This document shows positions 37,654 to 46,885 of a DNA stretch of 64,000 bases, piece by piece (within the stretch, counting starts at the first letter, position 1; every line of letters starts with the position of its first letter). Made by a program: the position numbers and the translations under genes. This stretch comes from Entomortierella parvispora E1425. Its lineage: Eukaryota > Fungi > Mortierellomycota. The DNA is taken from NCBI GenBank assembly GCA_020891255.1, contig BQFW01000008.1:558001-622000 (forward strand), given 5' to 3'. Under the pieces are notes generated by a model. That model was not told the origin of the DNA. It searched no databases and worked only from the letters and a program-made list of their open reading frames with translations.

Positions 37654-37752
37654 ACAGTAGCAGTCCTACCGCCACGCCCATCCAAAGGACAGTAGTAGTC
37701 CTACCGCCACGCCCATTCAAAGGACAGTAGTAGTCCTACCGCCACGCCATTC
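37649..37752 (+). repeat. 3 x 35-bp tandem repeat in the retrotransposon leader
   Basis: Units 37649-37683, 37684-37718, 37719-37752; consensus AAAGGACAGTAGTAGTCCTACCGCCACGCCCATTC. Confidence 0.95.
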
Positions 37753-37787
37753 AAGACGACCACCTTCCCTACCCACTTCCTTACATC

Positions 37788-38711
37788 ATGAATCAACATC
37801 AACACAACTTCGACGACGATATTGACGAGGAGCCCAACACGTCAAGCTATCACGCCGCCTCCACCTTCACCGTTCCCGAACCTGTGATCCACAATGATCG
37901 TCCCAAAAAGAACCTTTTGCCCTCGGATCATGAAACTTTCAATGGCACCTGCTCCCACCACGAGGCCCGAGCATGGTTGCTACAGACAGAGTTGATTGCA
38001 GACATCAGTGAGATTCCTAGACCGAAATGGCCCAGAGCCGCGATTGCCAAGCTTCGAGGTGACGCAAGAGTCTGGGGCCTGAATTACAACTCACTCCACA
38101 CCAATGCCACGTGGGACACTTTCTCAGCCGCCTTTTTAAGTCAGTTCAGCTCAGAAGACTTGGAAGAGACCCTTCGCAACGAACTCGATAGTGTTGTCTG
38201 GGAAAAGACAGACACCCCCAACACCTTCTTCCACCGTTTTCAGTTTGCTTTGATGCCTCTTGGTACCAATGTATCTGAAGGAGAAAAAGTACACGTCTTC
38301 AAGACCCGAAGTCCACAATTTTTGCGAAAATTTCTGATCGAACACCAAGTCAAAACCTGGCAACAAGTCCGCCAACACTGTGAAATCCGAACAGAGATGA
38401 GCACAAGCCTTGGTATCATTTCCCAATCCGCGCAGAACCGAATCAACCAAGCCAGACAAACGCCGCCGTCTCGCCCTTTTGTTGATCCATCACGCTTTGG
38501 TTCCCCAAGACTTTTCCAACACCACGCTGCTGCAACAGCCCCGCCCCCTCGTCCCTCTCACATTACTGGAAACCCCACTACTGGTTTTTCAACTGGAAAA
38601 CGCGTTAGTTTCTCTGGTCATCCGTTTTCACGCCCTCCAGATCGACGAGACAGCACCCAAAACCAAAAATCAAAGTCAAGGTCGTCGATCTTCGATGGAT
38701 ATGGACGTTGA
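37788..38711 (+). CDS. gag: Retrotransposon Gag, capsid part (frame ends before the nucleocapsid)
   Basis: Gag-type motifs AKLRGDARVW and TWDTFSAAFLSQF. The zinc knuckles lie in the +1 frame. Confidence 0.9.
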   Translation: MNQHQHNFDDDIDEEPNTSSYHAASTFTVPEPVIHNDRPKKNLLPSDHETFNGTCSHHEARAWLLQTELIADISEIPRPKWPRAAIAKLRGDARVWGLNYNSLHTNATWDTFSAAFLSQFSSEDLEETLRNELDSVVWEKTDTPNTFFHRFQFALMPLGTNVSEGEKVHVFKTRSPQFLRKFLIEHQVKTWQQVRQHCEIRTEMSTSLGIISQSAQNRINQARQTPPSRPFVDPSRFGSPRLFQHHAAATAPPPRPSHITGNPTTGFSTGKRVSFSGHPFSRPPDRRDSTQNQKSKSRSSIFDGYGR

Positions 38712-39126
38712 TGTGTTCAACATCGAGTGCCACAATTGCGGAGACAATCACAAGGCCGCAGAATGCCCCAAGCCGCAAACTTGTTATAACTGTGGACAGC
38801 GAGGACACTACAAACGCGACTGCCCTCAAGGAGGACAAAACCAAGGACGACCACAACGAAGGAATCGCCCAAACGTGAACATCAACATGACCCATATCGA
38901 TCCACAAGATTTCAAGCCCGAAACTTGCCCATTGATGGTCGTACCCCTCTACGTCGACGGTTGGCAATTCGACGCCCTTTTTGATAACGGCGCCAACGTC
39001 AACGTTATTTCTTCTCGTGCCCTCGAAGTTATCCGTGAAGAATCCCCGGAATCCATCCTCGATGAAAAACGAATCTATGAGCCGACCCCTGTACGAACAG
39101 CCCATGCAGGGAGACCTAGGTGCTAA
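38670..39126 (+). CDS. Middle retrotransposon frame: nucleocapsid (two CCHC knuckles) plus N-terminal half of the aspartic protease
   Basis: MDMDVD, CHNCGDNHKAAEC, CYNCGQRGHYKRDC, ALFDNGANVNVIS. In +1 frame relative to gag; the start coordinate is the inferred frame junction. Confidence 0.85.
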
Positions 39127-42100
39127 GGCACTAGGCGAAGTCATCCTTCGAGTTGTTATTGGAGAACACACCTGCCGTTTCACAGCCACGGTTGTTCCCG
39201 ACCTAGCTCACGATGTTTTTATTGGACTTCCATGGATGTTCCGCTACAAACCTCAAATCAATTGGGATCGCTACTCATTGACTTGGCAAGTCAATGGCCG
39301 AAAACACGAAGCCATCGCCAGATCTCAGCCCGCCAGTACCCTTCTGCAGAACGAACAGGTACCTGAACTTGCATATGTGCAGACGAACGCACAGCGGTTC
39401 TTACACACCATGGCCGCCGATGATACACAAGAAGCAGGAATCGTTTGGTTAATGAAAACCCACGTTCCAGAACACACCCGAGCAGAAGAGCTCATGACCA
39501 ACCCGGACCTGACAGTAGAACAGCAAGCTCAAATCGATGAGATAGTGAAGGAGTACCAGCAGGATGTATTCGCTCCACTCTCAGAGATGCCACCAGCCCG
39601 TCCCGGTTTCGATCACCAAATCCCCACTGGAGTAACAAGTCCTGTGGTCAAGAAGATATATAAGATGTCACCCCTCGAGCTCAAGACTCTCAAAGAACAG
39701 TTGGATGAGCTGTTACGGTTGGGGTACATCCAGCCCTCAACGTCGCCGTGGGCCGCACCAGTCCTGTTCGTCAAGAAGAAAGATGGAACATTGAGACTGT
39801 GTATCGACTATCGTGGACTCAACGCCGTCACGATCAAGAACAAGTATTTTCTCCCGCACACCGATGAATTTTTCGATCGCATGCGAGGAGCCCGTTATTT
39901 CAGCAAGTTGGATCTCCAGCAGGGATATCATCAACTTCAAGTTGCAGAAGAGGACAGACCCAAGACAGCGTTCTCTACCCGTTATGGACACTACGAGTAC
40001 TGTGTCATGGCTTTTGGTCTTACCAACGCGCCCGCGTCGTTTCAAGCCTTCATGAATACGATTTTCAGTAAAGAGTTGGATCAGTTCGTTGTTGTCTACC
40101 TCGATGACATCCTGATCTACTCCAAGACTTTCGAAGAACACTTGAAGCACATCCGAACAGTGCTATCAACGCTGCGAAAACATCACCTACATGCCAAGCA
40201 GAGCAAATGTGCGTTTGGATTATCCAGCATCACCTTCGTCGGACATGTGATATCCTACGATGGAATTCAAGTGGATCCAGCCAAGGTCGCAGTTGTCAAG
40301 AACTGGCCCACCCCAACCAACGTACAAGAGCTTCGTTCATTCATTGGATTTGTGAACTACCATCGCCGTCATATTTTCCACCATGCCGAAGTCACTGCTT
40401 GTCTTACAGACTTGTTGACCACTGGTCCAGGCCCAAACAAAGGAAAGTTGCGACCCGTGCCTACTTGGGGCCCAGTTCAACAAGCCGCTTTCGATGGAAT
40501 CAAAGAACTTCTAGCGACTACCCCTGTATTGTGCCTTGGACACCCCGATGAGCCGTACTATATGGAAACCGATGCATCCGACATTGCCACAGGAGGAGTC
40601 CTTTATCAGATGCACGAAGGCAAAAGACACCCAGTTGCCTATGAGTCACGAAAACTTAAGCCAGCCGAGAAGAACTACCCGGTCCATGAGAAGGAACTCC
40701 TCGCCATTGTTCACGCATGCAGAGCATGGCGCACGTTTATTCTTGGCGCCCCCGAAAACGTGGTCTACACTGACCATGCAAGTCTACGATTTTTGTTGAC
40801 CCAGCCACACCTGAGCCCGAGAATGACCCGTTGGGTTGAATTTTTGGCCCCCTACAACCTGTCGATCCAGTATAAGGCAGGAGCCACCAACATCGCTGCA
40901 GATGCGCTTTCCAGATTGCAAGTCAACAATGTGACAGCAGGACGTCACATCGACACTTGGGATTGGCCGTTGCTTGTCCCTGCATTTCTGGATGATGGTT
41001 CTTTTCCGCCCCATACCGATGGAGACACCAAGAAGAGAGTCCGCAAGGAGGCTCATAACTTCACGACTGATGACGACGAATTGCGCTACATGGTTGAAGG
41101 AAGAGCAGTTCCCTTCGTTCCGTTTGCAGAGCGCGCAGATCGTCTCATTGAGTTGCACACCGACATTGGACATCTTGGAGAGTCTGGAACGTTTGATTTG
41201 GCCAAGACTCGCATGTGGTGGCCCAGTCTTCGAGCAGATATCAAAGCAGTAGTACGTGAATGCAAGCCGTGTCAATTGGTCAAGCCCGGTGGTGACCGCT
41301 CTGTTGCACCGTTGCATCCATTGGCGCCAGCACGTCCGTTTGAGCGCTGGGGAATTGATTTTATTGGTCGCATGCCAGCCACCAAGAAAGGAAACCGTTG
41401 GATCATTACCGCAATCGACCATGCCACGAACTGGCCGATCGCAAGAGCCTTGCCAGAAGCAACCGCCGACGCCGTTGCTACTTTTCTCTATGAAGAGATC
41501 GTCTTACAGTTTGGCTGCCCTAGCGAGATCGTTAGCGACCGAGGAGCCAACTTCATGTCTGACGTTCTTCAACGCTATTTGGAGAAGCTGCACATCAAAC
41601 ACAAGGCTACGTCTGCTTACCATCCAAGGTCGAATGGAAAGTGTGAGCGTCTCAATGGTGTTATCGGACACATGTTGAGCAAGTATGTGGGTACACACAT
41701 CCACAGCTGGGATCAGTACCTGCACCAGAGTCTGTTCGCTTGTCGCGTACACATCTCTCAGCGAACCAAGGTCAGCCCATTTCAACTTGTTTATGGACTT
41801 GAACCCCGTTTGCCGCAAGATCCAGTACGCCCATTCTTGTTTGATTTTCAAGATCAAGACGATTTTGCAGAACATCGTCGCAAGACTTTTCGAGAAATCG
41901 ACGCCCTCCGAGAAAAGCACCTGCAGGCCCAGCAGACCGCCGCAGATGATATGGCCGCACACCATGAAGAGACACACACGGTCACCGATCATAAGTTCGC
42001 AGTTGGTGATTTTGTCCTGGTCAAGAACTTCGGCCGTACGAAGCTTCAACCCCATTTTTATGGCCCGTTGGAAGTGATCCGTATTACGCCCTTGTCGACT

Positions 42101-42670
42101 TATCAGCTCCGCTTGGGAGATGGTGAGTTGAAGACGGACTTAGTACACCAAGACCGTCTTAAGCGTGCTTATCCGCCAGATGAAGCATCTGCACGCCGTG
42201 CTTGGGTCACTAAGACAAAGCACACCATGGAGCAAGCCAACGACAACTCTGACGATGGTCTTCCAATTGAAAGCCGCACTGAGGAGGAACAGCGCGTGGA
42301 GGAGGCCCTCGCTCTTAGAACCGCCAATGAAGATTACCTTGCCCGTCGCGATCAACTTGGCACTTACGAACCGCCTATGATGGGTTCCGCCGCTGAAGCT
42401 GCCCGCGTGTACAGACAGGCACTTGCTGCTTCTGCCCCGAAGCCTCGTCGCCGTGGCCAACGTACTCGCGAACCCAGAGTCAATCAGTTGCAGGCAGGCC
42501 GAGGACGGCCTGAAGCCTGTGGGGGGAGTGTCGTGAATCAGACTGCTTTTATCCCCGCCAGCTCCGCGTCTGATCACATGACTTACGATCACCTGACCGC
42601 CGACACGCCTGATGAATGGACCCTTGTTGCGCGCCCTCATTGCACTTGTGCCGCGCGTCATCGTCGTTGA
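39112..42670 (+). CDS. pol: Retrotransposon Pol: protease C-half, RT, RNase H, integrase
   Basis: PR end VFIGLPWM; RT LCIDYRGLN, FSKLDL, YLDDILIYS; RH TDASD, KELLAI, TDH, ADALSR; IN H-X4-H...C-X2-C, WGIDF, SDRG, NGKCERLN and GPY/F. The start coordinate is the inferred frame junction; the ORF runs 142 nt into the 3' LTR. Confidence 0.95.
42521..42528 (+). promoter_or_regulatory. Polypurine tract GGGGGGAG
   Basis: Directly abuts the 3' LTR start at 42529. Confidence 0.85.
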
Positions 42671-43136
42671 CTATCACCAGGTCGACTACCCTCAACCGTG
42701 TATACTCACGAACGGAGCATTTCATGTTTCTCCGACATTAACCTACCAACCGTTGCCAATCAAAAGCTTGTCTCCACGCCGGTCGACCAAGCTCTTTGAA
42801 ACCTCGGACGTTAGGGCCCCTATTCCAGAATAGTCATAAGCCCTTCACTATTTATTTCCATAGTGTCAGCAGTATAGTCTCACTTCACTACCTTCAGTAT
42901 ATAAGTAGCTCTGTATCGAGACTTAGAACGGCATCCTTTCTTTGCCCTTCCATCTCGATTACAGGTAACCCTCTTGAGAACCCTATCAGTAGTAACACAC
43001 AGAATATCTTATTAAACATATCCTTTCTTTGCCCTTCCATCTCGATTACAGTCAAGGTAGCTGACTGTGGTGCCCAGTGTAGAAGAACACGCTCGACACA
43101 CCCTAAGGATCAGTCGTGATACCGAGAGTCACGACA
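42529..43136 (+). repeat. 3' LTR (608 bp)
   Basis: Direct repeat of 37029-37637. Confidence 0.97.
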
Positions 43137-43140
43137 ATTG

Positions 43141-43278
43141 GAAATCCGAACATCCCCATTCTCACTGGAAGCACCGAAATCACGTGAGCCGCGTCATGTC
43201 ACGTGAACATTACACGTGATTTCGGTGCTTCCAGTGAGAATGGGGATGTTCGGATTTCCAATTACTTCAACCCTGAAA
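43141..43278. repeat. Inverted-repeat core between the two tRNA-Met genes (arm to 43186, 26-bp spacer, arm from 43213)
   Basis: 43137-43186 is the exact reverse complement of 43213-43262. The remaining part of the left arm lies at 37009-37028, on the other side of the retrotransposon. Confidence 0.95.
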
Positions 43279-43351
43279 GCTTTCTTAGCTCAGTTGGCAG
43301 AGCGTCAGTCTCATAATCTGAAGGTCGACAGTTCGAACCTGCCAGAGAGCA
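43279..43351 (+). tRNA. tRNA-Met(CAT), elongator, copy 2
   Basis: Identical (73/73) to copy 1; T4 runs at 43357-43360 and 43364-43367. Confidence 0.97.
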
Positions 43352-43735
43352 TTCACTTTTGCATTTTCCGGTTCCGACTGCTAGACCTGCTACATCCTTT
43401 TGTCTGTTCGTTCACCGAGATTGACTCTAGTTTGAACCTTTGTCTTCTTTTTTTTTTGGCTAGTTTTTTGATGGCGGCAAGAGGTTCATTAGCAGGCAAT
43501 CAATATCCTTCCTAGTTATCGTAGAAGGGGTGGCGCTGTCCTTTATTTTCTTTGTAGTAGATTCAAGAAGAGAAGCAGGGGTTTCTGATCCCTGGGTTGC
43601 TTTGAAAGTCGACAAAATATAGTTTGTGGGTTGTTCAGGGCATTTTTGGAGGGCGAAGTGCTAGTTGAATGAATCTTTCTTTCAACTCCATTCGCGAACC
43701 CTACCTTCTACCTATAAAGAACATACGCTCGAACC

Positions 43736-44201
43736 ATGGATGATTGGTAAGGTTACTCTTAAAGTTGTCTTTTTTTTTTTTTTTTTTTTTAGCCATTGCA
43801 GCTAACTCATTCAAGTGAACACATGTCCGCGTAGTGATGGATGTGACAACTGTCATGAACTGTGCCATGAAGACTGTTACAATGCAATTTGCTGCGATGG
43901 ATGCGACAACTGTCACTTAAACTGTAGCGATGGTGCTCACGATCCCTTGCGTTGGTGGTGGTGGTGGGGTGGAGATAGTTCTGGCAGTGGATCAGCAGCA
44001 GCAGTTCAGCCAATTGTGGTCCCGAGCATGACAAGGCCGGACTATGGGTCAAGCGCGTCGACCTCGAATTTGAACGGCTCGACTTTGCAACGGCAGGCAC
44101 CTCAGTCATCGTCGAGGCGAGAAAAGCGAGCTGAAAACGCGTCGGAGGAAGCGACGTCTCTTCTTGCTCCTCCTCCACCCTACTCTAAATCGACCAAGTA
44201 A
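43736..44201 (+). CDS. Small Cys/His-rich protein with WWWWW and C-terminal PPPY, 125 aa, unknown function
   Basis: Exons 43736-43746 (ATGGATGATTG|gtaagg) and 43835-44201; branch point GCTAAC at 43801; TATAAA at 43713. The three nearer AG acceptors all give immediate stops. Confidence 0.72.
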
Positions 44202-45032
44202 AAACTCGAAAAATAAAAAAAAATACCGGGAACCCGAGCGAGGGAACCGTGCAATGTCAACCTCACGCAATAGCAGCCTGTATTGCCGTAGGAGGATTCA
44301 ATTGAACAGAGCAGTTCCGCCAAAACGGCGCCTTGTCCGCCGATCTCTCCGATGCAAAAAATAGCCCTGACATGATCTGTCGAGAACATGGAGACAGGAC
44401 CTTTTTATTTTAACATTTCAGAAATCTGTCTGACAACAAGCAACAAGGGGAAGATGGCATGAAGGTCAAGGTCAACAATTGTAATACCATGTCGGTTGGC
44501 GCAATTGCTTTACGCCGTGGACCCAACTTTTATTAATAAGTTTTTCTCAGGAAATGGAAAAACGCGATTTTGGTTCTGCACTGACAACCTTGTACAGGAG
44601 ACAACAATGGTCGTGGCGAAGTACACTTCAATCAGGACTGAGAGAGCCATGGCAACAAAAAAAAAAAACGACAGCCCATTTGAACGGAGACCTGGGAAAA
44701 GTAAGTTTCTTATTCCCTTGATCTTTTTCTTCAGAGTTACCCAGTTACCAAGAGAGATCCAATCTGAGCGGGGCCGGGTGGAGGCATGTCGAAGACGTTC
44801 TTTCTTCTGTCTATTTTGGGATGAGGCAGCGCGTCTCCTGCGACACACAACACACACTGCCAGTCCTCTTGAGAACAAAAAAAAGTTTGTTTCGAGTATC
44901 ATTTAAAAAGGACTGGCAGGGTGGTCCATCGGTGGGGCATTCACCTCCGTCCTCCCATTTCGAAATTCACCATTCCATTCACTTTTCGAAGCTCCTTCCA
45001 CGACTCTTCCCTGGCTTTTTTCTTTTGCAACA

Positions 45033-46210
45033 ATGGCTGACTGGTGCGTGCCTGTTCATTTTCTATCGTTCGGATTGTTTTTTGATTTTTTTTTTTTCGA
45101 TCGTGTCCACATCTGATCTGTCCTTCTACCTTCAATTAACGCTTCTTTCCTCTTCTCCAGTGGCGACTGTGGAGGCGATTGTGCGAGCTGTGGAGACTGT
45201 GGAGACTGCTGCTGTGATTGCGGTGATTGCGGTGGATGTTGCGACTGCGGGGTCGATTGTGGTGATGGTTGTTGCCTCTTCTTTGGTGACTCGTTCTGCT
45301 GTGATGCAGGGTTGGCGCCTGTGATGTCTACCGGAGGTAGTGGGCATGGACTTATAGGCGGTTTTGACGGTGGCAGTGGTAGCGGATCGATACCCCTCGT
45401 TCCAACTTTGAACACAGATACCAGCGTCATCCCGGCTATCCATTCTAATTCAGGACCAAGCGTTCGATCAGAGCAGCCGATGCCTATTTTCATGAACTAC
45501 CACACCTATGGCGATGTCCTCTACCGAGATGTTCATGAAGACAATCGACCTCGGGCTGTTAGACGCACTCCGGCTAGAAGACAATATAGCACACTGAGAG
45601 TTCTCAGTGCTTGGATTATTGTTGTCGCTGTTCTCGCATGTGTAAGAATCCCAGCGTTCCTTCTCTGTCGCTTTCATGGACACCAGTACTTTGCCAAAAG
45701 GTCAGGCCGCCGTTATGAAACTCACTCCTATTTCTCTTTTCACTTCACTTATATTGACAGATGGTTGTTACCTTGGCCCTTACAAAGTCTATCCCTTTTG
45801 GAGGCAACTGTGGCAATGCCCATCGTGCTTTATTGGGTATTGGTATCGTACTTGTCCTCGCCGGCGTTGCCATGCCTATTTACTATAAATACCTGCAAAA
45901 CGATCTCATACGCAAGGATATACAGAGGTTCGAGAATGGTCAGCTGCTCAGGTTCCACGAAGAAGAAACTGCTGTCCAGAGAAAGCCTCGATCTGTGCTG
46001 GCATCAAACCGATTTGCAGCCGCGTTGTTCCTGATGTCATTCGTCATGATGTTATTCATGGTGTTGGGCTGGTATTATCTGTGGAGCACAGAGAACAGAT
46101 GCACGGATCCAAAGCTCTGGGCAGTGAAGGGCTGGTTCATTGTTTTCCTGGCTCCAACGGCCTGTATCATCTTCTTTCTGTTGATGTCCATGTTTAAAGC
46201 TAGTAAGTGA
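45033..46210 (+). CDS. 4-TM membrane protein with N-terminal Cys/Asp/Gly-rich metallothionein-like domain, 313 aa, unknown function
   Basis: Exons 45033-45043 (ATGGCTGACTG|gtgcgt), 45161-45641, 45761-46210 (942 nt, in frame). 18 Cys in the first 51 aa; four hydrophobic segments. Confidence 0.8.
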
Positions 46211-46885
46211 GGCTGACCAGCAAAGCCACTTTGGATGATGAGAGAGTCTTTGCCCGTTGAATCAACAAATTGACGAGTCTGTTCCCCTCCTTCAATCTAG
46301 ACAGCGAGAAGAGACTCGAAAGAAAGTTGGAGCGGGAGAAGGTCAAGAATGAAGAGGCCCAAAGGAGGACTGGTCCTCTCATTGACACAGCGCCAACACC
46401 TACGATTTCTACACCTACCTCGCCACCTCCGTCGTACACCCTGTCGCCGGCAGGCGAAGGAAAGCAAGAACTTTGAGAGCAGCTTTGGAAATCACTGCAA
46501 GCATTCTCTAGACCCCAATTGTCGAGTCAATAACATTGTTGAGGAAGCTGTCCAATCTCTTTGCCTGTCTGTCTTGCTGTCGATGTGCATGGTTGCAAAA
46601 ACTTGTGAAGAAAAGGAAAGAATGTGGCATGGAAGCAATTTTGGCTCTCGTGCCCAGAGTATATTCTCCATGTCCCATATCCGCCCTTGTTTGTATTTTC
46701 TTTTCTTTTTCCTCCACTTTCTCCTGATTCATATTGCATTCGCTTACATCTGCCCCACCATCCCTCAGCTCATTTCCCCCCTTTTCACCATTCATCCGCG
46801 TCATTCGACCCTGTCTTTGCTTCGCACCGCACCTTTCAGCTCCTCAGTCACTTGTTCCAGCGTGTTTCCTCTCGTCCACGATATC

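Larger units (their letters stand above)
37029..43136 (+). mobile_element. Full-length Ty3/gypsy (Metaviridae) LTR retrotransposon, 6108 bp
   Basis: Two LTRs with TGTCGTGA/TCACGACA termini, ATTG duplicated at 37025-37028 and 43137-43140, PBS and PPT present, domain order gag-CCHC-PR-RT-RH-IN. Confidence 0.98.

Noticed and set aside
37649-37752. 35-bp repeat array as a CRISPR-like array
   Set aside because: The units are contiguous with no unique spacers, the host is eukaryotic, and the array lies inside a retrotransposon leader.
44496-44906. 136-aa and 130-aa overlapping ORFs between the Cys-rich genes
   Set aside because: They use non-ATG starts, run through A-tracts and show no motifs; treated as intergenic.
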